Shown in pieces: positions 1 to 10,802 of a DNA stretch of 64,000 nt. Source of the stretch: Rebecca billardiae RCC1528 (taxonomy: Eukaryota; Protista; Haptophyta); NCBI GenBank assembly GCA_965240325.2, contig OZ251222.1:3658001-3722000 (forward strand). The letters run 5' to 3'. Numbering within the stretch: position 1 is the stretch's first letter; the number at the start of each line of letters is the position of its first letter. The notes below the pieces were generated by a model. It worked only from the letters and a program-made list of their open reading frames with translations. It searched no databases and was not told the DNA's origin. A program made the translations under genes and the position numbers.

Positions 1-593
1 GCCGCACCGACTGGGCACGCCTCGCCTTCACCGTGCACCTCGGCTCGCGCGACGAGCCGGCCAGCGACGACGGCACCGACGCACCGTCGGAGGAGCGGGG
101 GGAGGCACCGAACGTCCGCTCGATCAAGCTCGTCGAGGACCGCTGCGCTGGCGACTCGTCCGCGATCCGCATCGGCACTGACGAAGCCCTGCCCAAGCAG
201 TTTGACTGGCCGCTCGCAGAGGAGCGCGAGGCGGTGGGCTCGCTGCTCAAAGCCGAGCCGACGATGCGCACCATCCTCGCCGTGGCGTACCCGACTTACC
301 TGGAGGCCAAGCAGCGGGTCTTTGCGCACATCGAGTCGACGTGGCGCGCCGATGGCTGCAGCGAGGTGGTGGCGGACGGCGAGGGTGGGTGTGTGACGCC
401 GCGATCTGCTGCGTGGCCAGCAGGCATCTGCTCACTGTCGGACGCGCTCACCGTGCTGGAGATCATCGAGAAGCTCGAGCCTATGCTGCGCGAGCAGGTG
501 GGCGTCAAGCAGCCCTCGCTCAACAGCCTCACCAACCTGTCCACGCTCTCGCTCGCCAGCACCGTGCACAACTCGACGCCTACTGCCACCTGA
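1..593 (+). CDS. 3' end of a gene truncated by the window edge; unknown product
   Basis: GC3-biased, protein-like reading frame running from the window start to TGA at 591-593. The C-terminal ICSLSDALTVLEIIEKLE is only weakly reminiscent of Gfo/Idh/MocA oxidoreductase C-termini. Confidence 0.6.
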   Translation, partial: RTDWARLAFTVHLGSRDEPASDDGTDAPSEERGEAPNVRSIKLVEDRCAGDSSAIRIGTDEALPKQFDWPLAEEREAVGSLLKAEPTMRTILAVAYPTYLEAKQRVFAHIESTWRADGCSEVVADGEGGCVTPRSAAWPAGICSLSDALTVLEIIEKLEPMLREQVGVKQPSLNSLTNLSTLSLASTVHNSTPTAT

Positions 594-1270
594 GCGGTTC
601 GGCCCCGCTCCGGGGGCGCGGAGGCGGCCGGGAGGCTGCACTGCTGTGACGAACCGTCAGGCGCGGTCAGCATCTATCACTATCTGCATCGCGGGCCACA
701 TCGGCAGTCGTCAGGCTTCAGCAGTCAGAATTCGGCACCGGCTTCGCGTCGACAGTATATATATCTAGCTGCCAGCTGGCGTCTCTGGCTCTGTCTCTCT
801 CTCGGCTCTCTCTAGCTCTCTAGTCTCTCTCTCAGTCTCACTTCTCAGAGTCTCAGACAGACAGACTCTCTCTCTCAAGCTAGGACCCTCTACTTCCACG
901 ACGTATCGATCGTGCGGTATCGTCCGGCGGACGAGTCGTCGCTCACGGCTCAGCCGATCATCACTACGAAGCCGGCCTTGAAACGACCAATCAAACGCTT
1001 CTGGACCGTTGACGCGGCCGCCTCAGTGACTCACTCGGCCCTCACTCCTCACTCAGGCTCCGGGACCGGGGGCCGCGGGCGCTCCGAAGGCCGCCCCTCA
1101 CAGTCGCGGAGTGTCGTCAAACATATCAATGCTTGACTCAGCCCCTCACTCAGAGCAGTGAACACTTGACTCAGCGACTCTGTCTCAGACATCGTGCGTA
1201 GCTACTCACGTCTCACTGCGTACAATGAACAATGCGTACAATTACATGCCGCCTCCCGCTCGCCGAGTAG

Positions 1271-2428
1271 CTAAGACGACGACGAGACGATGCGCTCGAC
1301 CATGGTGCCGTCGGCGATAGAGCTGCAGAGGCACGCATTGCACACAATGCCCGCGCCTCGCACCCACACGAGGCGCTGCTGACCCTCCCCCGCGGCTGCG
1401 CACTGCGCCCCAAGGTTCCAGCCGCACTGGCTCATGCCGGTCCCCGCCTCCGCGCGCGCGCGCCCAGCCTGCTCGGCCAGATCGGCTTGCGACGGAACCG
1501 CCTCGATGGCAGCGTCAAGCCTGTGCTCGCTCAGCGCCGCTTCGACTCCGAGCGAAATGTCGTGCGCCTTCGACGCAACCCAAAGCATCCACGAGCCGTC
1601 ACTCGCTGCGTTGGTGCGCTGGAGCATCATGCGCGCGTGCTGCTCGATGCGCACCGGCTCGCCGTGCTCTCCGGTGTCCCAAGCGCCACCGCTCGCGGAG
1701 ACTAGGCCAGGGAATGCGCCGAACTCGAAGAACGGGGTGTAGCCCGGCTGCGTCTGATACACCATGCGCTCGAGCGTCGCCAGCTCCGTCTGCAGGCGCG
1801 CCTCGTACGCGTCATCGCCCGCGCAAAGAGCAACAGACGGGCGTGAGTCCTGGTCGTGCTTTGCCAGCGCCCGCGCGGTGGTGCCGAGGGCATTGAGGGA
1901 GTCGCCGATGGCCTGCAGCCATTGCGCCTCGAAGACTTTCGTGGGCGTACGCTTCTGCACGCGATAGGCGCGCGCGCTCTTCTCGAGCGCGACGCGGTGG
2001 TCCCCGCTGCGGCGCAGGCACTCGATGAGCACCCAGGTGGCTTTGTGGTGGCCATCATTCAGCTTGGTCGCGCCGACGGCGTCGACCTGGGCCGCCATGA
2101 GGTCGCCGAGCTTCAGGCGGCAGATGGCCCGGTTGGTAAACAGGATCGCCGCTTCGCGCAGCTTCGCCGTGTCGCCGCCGATGGCGAACTGCAGCGACAT
2201 CGCCTCCATCATCCCCGGCGGCATGCTGTCGGCCGAGCCGGCGCGTGCTGCGCCGACCGAGTCGCTGTCATCGGCAGCCGGCGGGTGCGCGTCCCGACTC
2301 GCTCCAGATGAGCCCCAGCCGTCGCTTACCATCTGCTGGATAGCGCGCGTGTACTCCGCCGCCGCATCTGCGTACCTCGCAGCCTTGAAGAGCTCACCGC
2401 CGCGCGCCCTGGCGTCGTCACGAGACAT
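1271..2428 (-). CDS. TPR-domain protein (co-chaperone-type TPR at N-terminus)
   Basis: GGELFKAARYADAAAEYTRAI and AILFTNRAICRLKLGDLMAAQVDAVGATKLND match the TPR consensus of Hsp70/90 co-chaperones. The C-terminal part is unassigned. Confidence 0.8.
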   Translation of the reverse strand: MSRDDARARGGELFKAARYADAAAEYTRAIQQMVSDGWGSSGASRDAHPPAADDSDSVGAARAGSADSMPPGMMEAMSLQFAIGGDTAKLREAAILFTNRAICRLKLGDLMAAQVDAVGATKLNDGHHKATWVLIECLRRSGDHRVALEKSARAYRVQKRTPTKVFEAQWLQAIGDSLNALGTTARALAKHDQDSRPSVALCAGDDAYEARLQTELATLERMVYQTQPGYTPFFEFGAFPGLVSASGGAWDTGEHGEPVRIEQHARMMLQRTNAASDGSWMLWVASKAHDISLGVEAALSEHRLDAAIEAVPSQADLAEQAGRARAEAGTGMSQCGWNLGAQCAAAGEGQQRLVWVRGAGIVCNACLCSSIADGTMVERIVSSSS

Positions 2429-3621
2429 CGGAACCAGGGCCGGCGGGCGTACAATTTACTTTCATGCGGTGCCGACTTTTTTTTAAAATATGGGTTGGCG
2501 CTGCGCGTCAACTTGGGCTGGAAACCTGTTTCTGAAACGCACGATGGCAGCTCGCGGCCGGTGGCTCGAGCTCGGAATTCCGACGCTGCCAAGGGCGCCA
2601 CAGGGGCGCAGCGGCGGGGCTGACGACGCGCGCGCGTGTGCACGTCTGACCACGGAGTGCGCGCTGCAATGACCGGCCCGTCTGCAGCACCACGCCCCGC
2701 GCTGTGAGTGAGAGTGTGGCCCGCGCCCAAGCGAGAACGCGGGCCGGGCGGCACTCCGCCGACCTCGCCGGCCGCCGACCAGCCCGCGGCCGCCTGCTGC
2801 AGCTCGTGGAACACGCAGTCGCGCGCTCGCGCGTGGAGGGCGGACCTGCGCGTATGCGCCCGCCGGGCTTGCCGCTTCATCCGCTGGCACCGCAGGCGAG
2901 CCGCTCGTCGCGCGCAATGCAGGTCGAGCCCTCCGCCGCCACGGCGAGCCGGCGCCACGCCTCGCGCTCGTGCTCGAGCTGAGGCGGCGCGTGTCGCCCG
3001 AGCCGGCGGGTTCGCGCGCGTGCGCGTGGTGGGCAGCCTCGCGCGTGCGCCCGCCGCGCGCCCCGCGTCGCTCGCTTGGCGCCGCAGTGGGCTCACCCGC
3101 CTGTCGTCGTGGCGTCCTTCACGGGACGTCGTCGACGCGAGGCCGCGCGAGGTTGCTCCGATGCTCGTAGTCCAATGCAAGATGATACCCGCGTGCCTCT
3201 ATCAACGCGCCCTTTCGCTCGTGAAATGTGTGAACTCGCGACACGACGAATAATGGGCCGATGCGATTCGCGCGAATGTGAGCACGCAAAGCGCCGAACG
3301 ACGAGCGGTTTTTGACCGAACGACGAGCGGCTTTTGCCCTATCGCGCGCGTAAGCGGGTACGCGAATTGCGCTTATGTGACCGACACGTGAGTGGGCGTC
3401 AAATAAAGGCCCGCGACGGGCTGGTCCCCAGCGTGAAGTCGTGCCTTTGTTCTCGTGGGTTTCCAGAATTCCCCTTTATAACGGGCTCCGGGCCGAGCGA
3501 GCGACCGCAGCGCGCAGTTGAGTAATGAGAATTTAGTAATCAAGGTAGTATGTGTGTAGTGATGGCTACAGAACAGTAACGAGCACTGCTGCGTGACACA
3601 TACGTAGTACCCGACGCGCTG

Positions 3622-4899
3622 CTACATCTCGCCGGACTCACCCAGGCGCGCCTGGTGCGTGGCGACCGTATCGAGCGCGTCCTCGATCATGCCGCGCAGC
3701 GCCTCGACCTTGCGCTCGACGCGCGCGTGCTTGCGCTCCTGCTCCTCGGTTGACGCTGGACCCGCAGCGCCCGGTCCGGATGACGACGTCGGCCGCGGCG
3801 CGCAAAAGGCCATGGGCTCGTCGTCGCGCGCGCTCAGCTTGGCGGCGACGGCGCGCACGTACCCGTGGTAGCGCGCGAGGCACTCGGCGACCTGGTCGAT
3901 CCATTGCACCTCATCGCCCGGCGGATCGCGCAGCAGCGCGTCGATCGCGCCCACGCGCCGCCGCGTGCGCGAGAGCTCCTCGCTCATCGCATCGACCGTC
4001 GTGAGCGGCAGCTGCTCGCCAGCCTGCTCTGCATCCATGCCGAGCACGCTGTCGATGCGCCAGCCGCGCGCGCGCTCGCCCAGGCTGCTCCCGGCCGTGG
4101 CTCGGCCCGCGTGCGGCCGCTCGGCGCTGCGGTGGCGCAGGCCGTCGCCGTGTGTCTCCGCGCGGGCGCTCGCCGCACGCTCGTGCGCGGGCGGGCCCAT
4201 CGCGGCAGACGGCGCGCGTTCCCCAGTCGCGTCGTCATCGTGCTCGCACGTGTCGAACGTCACCGCGTCCGCCGACGCGCTCGCGGCGGGCGGCCGCCCG
4301 TCGTCCGAGCGCACCCGCTTGTGCGCTTTTTGTTCCGCCGGCGGCTGCGGCCGGCGCAGCGCGTCGTCCAGCCCCTCGACGCCGTGGGCGGAGTAGCGCA
4401 CGCAGCACGCGCGCCCGAGCCAGAGCACGTCCCCGTGTCGTATCGGACGCTCGCGCGAGTCGTCGGGCAGGCGCTCACCGTTCAGGAATGAGCCGTGCGT
4501 CGAGCGCAGGTCGCTCGCGTGGAATGTCGAGTTGCTCGCGTTCGTCCGATCGGCGCGCCAGACTAGCTTGCAGTGCCTGCGAGAGACGTTCGGCGCCTCC
4601 GGCCCGAACTGAAGGTCGAGGGCATACATGGCATTCCTCCGCCCGATGACGTAGGACCCGCGAGCGGCGTTCAGAGGCCACGTCGCAATGTGCGTGCGGC
4701 TCTCCCACGCGATGAGCGTCGGCAAGAAGGGCTTACGCAACGGCGGTGGAGCTGCCGCTCGCGCTGGAGACACCGAAGCGGGTGGCGTGGGCGTGGACAC
4801 GTCGCCCGCGAGGGCACGCTTGGGTATGCGAAATGCCTTCGCGCGATGCGCGGGCGGGTCGCCCTCGGGCGCGCCCCCTGCCGCATGTTGAGTGGGCAT
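3622..4899 (-). CDS. FHA-domain protein with C-terminal coiled coil
   Basis: FHA motifs YVIGR, VSRRHC, DLRSTHGSFLNG, IRHGDVLWLG. First ATG at 4899 (MPTQH). Confidence 0.85.
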   Translation of the reverse strand: MPTQHAAGGAPEGDPPAHRAKAFRIPKRALAGDVSTPTPPASVSPARAAAPPPLRKPFLPTLIAWESRTHIATWPLNAARGSYVIGRRNAMYALDLQFGPEAPNVSRRHCKLVWRADRTNASNSTFHASDLRSTHGSFLNGERLPDDSRERPIRHGDVLWLGRACCVRYSAHGVEGLDDALRRPQPPAEQKAHKRVRSDDGRPPAASASADAVTFDTCEHDDDATGERAPSAAMGPPAHERAASARAETHGDGLRHRSAERPHAGRATAGSSLGERARGWRIDSVLGMDAEQAGEQLPLTTVDAMSEELSRTRRRVGAIDALLRDPPGDEVQWIDQVAECLARYHGYVRAVAAKLSARDDEPMAFCAPRPTSSSGPGAAGPASTEEQERKHARVERKVEALRGMIEDALDTVATHQARLGESGEM

Positions 4900-5182
4900 T
4901 CTGCGCAGGGTCTGGAGAGTTACAGAGTGGAGAATGATGAGCCACCAGCCCGTGCACCACCCTTGCAAGTGCCCACCCAACGGTAGAGTCCGGCTGTGGT
5001 CCGGACCCCCAGCTTTTTTTTCCTAGGCGGGTATCTCGCGCTCGACCGACGTGATCAAGGCATTCAAGCCGGCTTGACGAGTCAGTGCGGAGGTCCTGCA
5101 CCTTGAACCTGCTCCAAAAGGCCGAAGCTGCTGACGACGAAGAGCAGGCAGCCCAGCCCGAGCTGGAGCTCTTCCGCGACTG

Positions 5183-7081
5183 ATGAGCGCTCTCGCGCCG
5201 CGTGGGGGCGCGGTGGCCGTCGCGTGCGGCGTTGGGGGCGTCGTGGCCGGCGTACTCATCTCCGATCACGCGAGGAGGCTGCTCGCACGGCTGGGCGTAT
5301 GGGCGGGCGTCTCTGGGCGCAAGCGCGTGTCACTCGTCCTCTCGGACGATGAGCAGCACTCGCTGGCCAATGCGCTGCATGACGAGGGCCCCCACAGTGA
5401 CGAGGAGATGGACGAGTCGGACTGCCCACCAGCGCGCACCGCTCGCTCGGCGTCCATGTCCCCCGAGTTGGAAGCTCGGCTGCGCGGCGCGGAGGCGCGT
5501 CGCAAGTATTCGTTCGAGCCCATCTTTGACAAGGAGGGCACGCAGGACAAGGAGGACATCGTCCCCGCCGTGGCGATCTCCGCCCCCAGCCCGAACAGCT
5601 CGAGAAACCCGAGTCCCCGCACGTCCGTCCGGTTGAGGCGGGACCGCGCCCGCACCGGGAGCGGCAGCGCGCCGCCGCCGCGCAGCCGCAGCATGTCGAC
5701 GTTTGCGGCCGGGAAGACACAGATCGAGCTCGCGAGCCACAGCGTGCGGGCCATGCTCCAGTCCGAGCGCGAGGACTTTCGGCAGGCGGAGACTGTGCTG
5801 TACGTGACGAAGCAGGTCACGTCCGACGACGTCCTCGTCGAGGTCGAGCGCGTCGTCTCGCCCTCGGAGGAGCTGCACGCGTCCTTCAAGCGCGTGGGCA
5901 GGCGGTCCGCCTCGGACCGGCGCAACTCGTGGTGCCCGTCCGCGGCTCTCAGCGCGAGCGCGAGCACGCGCGGCTCGAATGCGTCGGCGCAGTCGCCGCA
6001 CGTCGGCGCGACGTGCGACGTGGCCGAGAGGGACGTCACCGAGGACTTGCCGCTGCCCACCTTCCTGAGCATCCAGCCGGCGCCGCCGCTCGACCGCACG
6101 CCGCTCAGCACGCCGGCGGTGCACGCCTGCCTCGCGCACGCGTCCGAGTGGGACTTCGACGTGTTCGAGCTCGAGCGGCTGACGGGCGGGCACGGGCTGG
6201 TCGCGCTGTGCGCGCACCTGCTCGCGCCGCCGTGCGCCGCGCTCGGCGTCGACGTGGCGAGGCTGCACCCCTTCCTCTGCGCCCTCGAGGCGGCGTACCG
6301 CAGCGACGTGACCTACCACACGTCGACGCACGCGGCCGACGTCGTGCACGGCACGGCGTGGCTGCTGCGCGCGCACATGGTGCCCGACGCGCACTACTCG
6401 CCGCTGCTGGAGCTGGCGCTGATCATCGCCGCCGCCGCGCACGACGCCGCGCACCCCGGCGTCAACGCCGACTTCCTCATGAAGACCGGCGACCCGCTCG
6501 CGCTGCTGTACAACGACAAGTCGATCCTCGAGAGCATGCACGCGAGCGTGTGCTTCCGGCTGCTCTCCGTGACCGAGAACGGCGCGCTCGACGACCTGGA
6601 GCCGGGGGCGCGCAACCAGCTGCGCGCGTGGACGATCAGCTCGATCCTCGCGACCGACATGAAGGGGCACTACCCGATGATGGGCCGCCTCGCCGAGGCC
6701 GACCCGTGGCGGACCAGCTCAGAGCTGGGCGACGAGGAGCTCAGCTTTGCGCTCGGGCTGGTGCTGCACGCCGCCGACCTGTGCGGGCCCATCAAGCCGT
6801 CGGTGGTGGTGCGCTTCTCGAGGAGGGTGGCCGAGGAGTTCTTCCTGCAGGGCGACCGGGAGAAGGCGCTCGGCCTCCCCGTCACGGACGGCTTCGACCG
6901 CGTTACCAGCATGGAGCGCTGGCCGCAACGCAACGTCGCGTTCATCGACTTCATCGTCAAGCCGCTCTACGACGCGCTGCACACCGCGGCGCCCGACATG
7001 GACATGACCGCGTGCCAGGAGGGCCTCGTCGCGGCCAAGGCGGCCCTCGACGAAGCGGACTGGGCGATGCCCATCGAGTGA
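5183..7081 (+). CDS. Class I 3',5'-cyclic nucleotide phosphodiesterase with N-terminal hydrophobic anchor
   Basis: PDEase_I motifs WDFDVF, YHxxxHAADV, HDAAHPG, YNDKSILExxH, ILATDM, LHAADL, EEFFLQGDREK, FIDFIVKP. Confidence 0.95.
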   Translation: MSALAPRGGAVAVACGVGGVVAGVLISDHARRLLARLGVWAGVSGRKRVSLVLSDDEQHSLANALHDEGPHSDEEMDESDCPPARTARSASMSPELEARLRGAEARRKYSFEPIFDKEGTQDKEDIVPAVAISAPSPNSSRNPSPRTSVRLRRDRARTGSGSAPPPRSRSMSTFAAGKTQIELASHSVRAMLQSEREDFRQAETVLYVTKQVTSDDVLVEVERVVSPSEELHASFKRVGRRSASDRRNSWCPSAALSASASTRGSNASAQSPHVGATCDVAERDVTEDLPLPTFLSIQPAPPLDRTPLSTPAVHACLAHASEWDFDVFELERLTGGHGLVALCAHLLAPPCAALGVDVARLHPFLCALEAAYRSDVTYHTSTHAADVVHGTAWLLRAHMVPDAHYSPLLELALIIAAAAHDAAHPGVNADFLMKTGDPLALLYNDKSILESMHASVCFRLLSVTENGALDDLEPGARNQLRAWTISSILATDMKGHYPMMGRLAEADPWRTSSELGDEELSFALGLVLHAADLCGPIKPSVVVRFSRRVAEEFFLQGDREKALGLPVTDGFDRVTSMERWPQRNVAFIDFIVKPLYDALHTAAPDMDMTACQEGLVAAKAALDEADWAMPIE

Positions 7082-7628
7082 GGGGTCTCGCGCGGATGAC
7101 GGCGCGCGAGCCCCGCGCTGCCGTGCTGCTTGTGCCCCGCCGCCGGCGACGGCCGAGGCCGCGCGTGGCATCGAGCTCTGAGGCGGCCTGCTCCCCGCCG
7201 ATCTCTGCTCTATAATAATTTAGTATTTACGTCGACGTCGTCGCGCGAGGAGCATGAGACACGCGTGCGCTCGTGACATGTGACTCACTGTGACGCGGTC
7301 TGAGGAGCCAGCTCGCGAGGGGCTGCCTGTGCAGACAGAGTCAGAGAGTGTGACTAGTGAGCCAGTCGACGGACGGACCGTCACCGTGCACCGGGTCCGG
7401 GACTGCAGAGTGACTCACTCAGTGAGCCAGTCCATTCGTCACCTGATAGGCTGATTGGCGCACTACTCTAGAGACGGTAACAGTGCCGAGTGCGGCTGTA
7501 GTAAATAATAACTACGCGATATATGATCATGATGTCGATGACGATGATGGCTAGCAGTTAGTTATGTAACTCTACTACTGTGAGTTACTGTCTACTCAGT
7601 ACTAGTACCGTGCGCTCCGGCTCATTAG

Positions 7629-7631
<3 letters not shown>

Positions 7632-7686
<55 letters not shown>
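7632..7686. repeat. (GA)n microsatellite
   Basis: Perfect AG dinucleotide run of about 55 bp. Confidence 0.95.
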
Positions 7687-7689
<3 letters not shown>

Positions 7690-7737
7690 ATACGGTCCGC
7701 CCATAGTAGTACGGAATCGTACTCGGCCGCCCCGCTA

Positions 7738-8249
7738 CAGGCAATCGCGGGCAATAAGAAGTCAGAGATCTCACTGCTAGCCTCGGTTTCTTAGCCGTTC
7801 GGTAGCCCGAGCGCCTACGGAGTCTCAGTTTCTTAGCTAGGTCCGCCCGCCGCGCAGCGCAGGGGGGCAGAGCCCCCCGCTGAGTCTTTAGGCCCGGCCG
7901 GCGAGGCCGAGGGAAATTGTGGGCCTTTTTGGAGCAAATCTGGCATGAATCCCATGATGTTGCATGGATGCTGCGGTGCACTGGCCAGGAGTCAGTCATC
8001 AGGAGAAGTCGGGACTTGGCCTGAACTCGTAGTCGGGCCGCGCGCCGCGTCCCCGACGCGGGCCGACTGCGCCTCGCCCTCGGCGGACCACTCGTCAGCC
8101 GGGACGACGTAGTCCCGGTTTCTTAGTGTGACTATGCGTATAGCGAACCAGCCAATCGCTAGACGCTAGTCTCAGTTTCTAGGCCAGATCCGCAGATAGC
8201 AAGCCCCCGTTTCTTAACGTGACAGCTCCTTATTGCCCGCGATTGCCTG
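7738..8249. mobile_element. 512-bp MITE, Tc1/mariner-type ends
   Basis: Perfect 21-bp TIRs CAGGCAATCGCGGGCAATAAG (7738-7758) and CTTATTGCCCGCGATTGCCTG (8229-8249), flanked by TA on both sides. No transposase. Confidence 0.9.
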
Positions 8250-8629
8250 TACTTCTGCGAGACTCGCGGGTACTCATCGCGGACATGAACGCGCCACGCG
8301 GTACCTGGCGCTAGTTATATTAGTAGTTAAGTGTACTAGCCTAGCTTACTACGCGGTACGCCGACGCGGCGGGAGTCTCATTCTCAAGCGACCCAAGGCG
8401 GGCAAGGGCAAGGCCGTCCCGTCAGCGGCGGCCGTCTGACAGGATCTGACTGATGTCTGCCGATTCTGCTGACTGAATTCTGTCTGAATCTGAGATTCTG
8501 TCATTCTCAATTCTGAGACTGCTGAGTTCTCAGAGTCAGACTCCGATGCCAGCCATGAGGTCGGAGGAGGAATTGATACTATCAATCAGTGGACGAGTAG
8601 CTAGCTAATAAGCTATTACTACTGCTTTT

Positions 8630-8955
8630 CTACGACCTCACCCTCATCCAAGTGCTCCGGGACCGTCGGAAGGCGCTCGGCTGCGGCGGCATCTGCCGTC
8701 GCCGCCGCGTGCCCCAGGCCAAAGTGGTGCTCCACCCCGGCCCCGCTCCCGGACCCGTACCCCGTAGGCGGGGGCAGCGGGCTGCGGGTGGCGCACTCGG
8801 CGACGGCACTCGGCACTGCCTCAGACCTGGTCGGCCAAGGGCAAGGCGCGGACGCATTAATCTAGCTTCAGATATGTGTCTAGGCACGGTCGGCTGCAGC
8901 GTCTGAGGCTCCGCTGACGCCGTTGCCCGTTGCATAAGCCATAACTACCACGTCG

Positions 8956-8991
<36 letters not shown>

Positions 8992-9494
8992 TATTTCCGC
9001 TTCATCGCCCAGAGCGCACTAGGCGGCGCGCTCACTCTCCAAGCCCCTGCTCTTCTGCAGCTGCGCGCCGCTTGGCCGGCGCGCGGCGACGCGTACTACG
9101 ACCTCATCCTCATCCAGGCGCCCACGCGGGCGCACGGGGGCGACAGCCGCGGCTGCCGTCTGCCGCAGCTGCTCGCCGCTGCTAGGTCGGCGGGCGGCGA
9201 CATTGACTACGACCTCACCCTTGTCATCCAAGTAGTCAGCTCCGGAAGGCGCTCGGCCGCGGCGGCATCTGCCGTCGCCGCCGCGTGCCCCAGGCCGAGG
9301 CGGTGCTCCCTCCCGGCCCTGCTCCCTCAGACTCAGAGGGGCAGGGCTGCGGGTGGCGCACTGCCTGACCTGGTGGCTGGTTGGAAGGCGCGGACGCATT
9401 CTACTACTACGTGTCTCAGTAGACCTGCTGCACTCCGGTGAGTGACGGCCTGACGCCGTGCCCGTTGCCCGTTGACGGCATACCACGTCGTTAA
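8630..9494. repeat. Diverged direct repeat (about 300-330 bp; 8630-8958 and 9207-9494), each copy followed by (TA)n
   Basis: Shared blocks CTACGACCTCACCCT, GGAAGGCGCTCGG, GCGGCGGCATCTGCCGTCGCCGCCGCGTGCCCCAGGCC and ACCACGTCGTT. Partial third copy at about 9096. Confidence 0.85.
8960..8987. repeat. (TA)n microsatellite
   Basis: Perfect AT dinucleotide run. Confidence 0.95.
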
Positions 9495-9512
9495 ATATCG
9501 ATATATATATAT

Positions 9513-10802
9513 ATGGCCCGCGGTGCAGGGCGGAGCGCGCAGCGTGGAGCCCGCACCAGCGGGCCCGAACCACGTTTCAAAAAGATCTTTGATCAAGAAA
9601 AAAGGGACGGGGGGCGGCGGAAAAAAAGGGACGGGGGGCGATTTTTAGGGCTGGCGGAGACCGAGTTTCGAGTTTTTGAGATCGCATTGAGAGGTCTATC
9701 AGGCCAAAAAAAACCGCGCCCAGCTGATTCCCTTAAGTAAAGTGCGATCTGGACGTCAGCTGGACGTGACATTAGTGTAACGGTTCGTTACGAGCGAATC
9801 GTACTCGTCTTCCCGGATCGCGTGACGTCCGGACTGGGCCACATCCGGATCGTCGGAGGTGACGTGCCCCGGCACGATGGGCGATGGCGGATATGCGGGA
9901 CGGCGCCTGCACGTGCCTCCGGACCCGCCTCCCGCTTGCTGCTCACGCAGTCAGCTGCGACCGTGGCGCATGATCGCAGAAGCAGTGCCGGCAGTACGGC
10001 CTGCATCAGCTAGTGCCGCGCCGTCGTGGCGCGCGCGGTACGGTTGCGCGTTTGCAGCGCTCGCCCGCTCGGCGACGGCACGCGCGTGCGGCTCAGGTGT
10101 GTCAAATGCGGTCTCGTCGGCGCGCTTTCGCCTGCCACCTCGTGCACCCGTGCCGCCAGTTTCATCGTCTTCATGAGGACTGCTGCTGCTGTCGCCATCC
10201 GCTCTCCATCACCCCGAGTCGCCGGTCGCGCGGCGCGCGCGGTAGGCACTAGGCAGGGCGTACGGTCACTCACCCGTGCAACGGGTCAAGTGGCCAGAGT
10301 ACGTCTGGTCGTTGGCTGGCACGGGCCGCAGCGCTAAAGCACCCTGCTGTCACACCCGACTCCTTCAGTACTCCGAGCTCCGCGGCACGACTCACTCGGC
10401 ACGATCGCGGACGGGTCGGATCCGAGCTGATCAGCCAGAGTTGGACACAGTTTGGCAGCTACTACAGTAGTAGTAATTCCGATGCCGATGGCACGATCGC
10501 GGACGGGTCGGATCCGAGCTGATCAGCCAGTTGGACATTTGGCAGCTAGTTGTCAGACGGACGTCCGATTTGACGACCGGTGCCGGGTGCGGTCTCAGGT
10601 CCGCTGCTGTGATTGTGTGAAGTGTGAATGAGTCTCGCGGTCGCGCAGGCAGGGCGACGGTCGGACTAATATAGCTTCAGTCATCTCAGAACCGACTTCA
10701 ACTGGCGAACTGCCACTACGGCGGAGAGCCGCGATTGCACGGCCACCGCGGGCCCCCAACTGCGTTGATTCTATGCAGAAAAGGACCGCGGAACGCGGTC
10801 AT
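9513..10802 (+). mobile_element. Non-autonomous Helentron/Helitron2-like element, copy 1
   Basis: 5' GGCCCGCGGTG (9515-9525) has its inverted partner CACCGCGGGCC about 50 bp inside the 3' end (10744-10754). There is a 5' fold-back partner GCACCAGCGGGCC (about 9553-9565) and a terminal hairpin GACCGCG-GAA-CGCGGTC (10784-10800). No TSD; starts in (TA)n. Confidence 0.7.
10398..10548. repeat. Duplicated ~60-bp segment (10398-10461; 10489-10548)
   Basis: GGCACGATCGCGGACGGGTCGGATCCGAGCTGATCAGCCAG...TTTGGCAGCTA occurs twice, differing by 2-3 nt indels. Confidence 0.9.

Noticed and set aside
2490-3530. Gene or element between the TPR and FHA genes (short imperfect IR 2727/3062; 22-bp duplication near 3294)
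   Set aside because: ORFs are low-complexity with no motifs, and the IR is too short and imperfect for this GC level.
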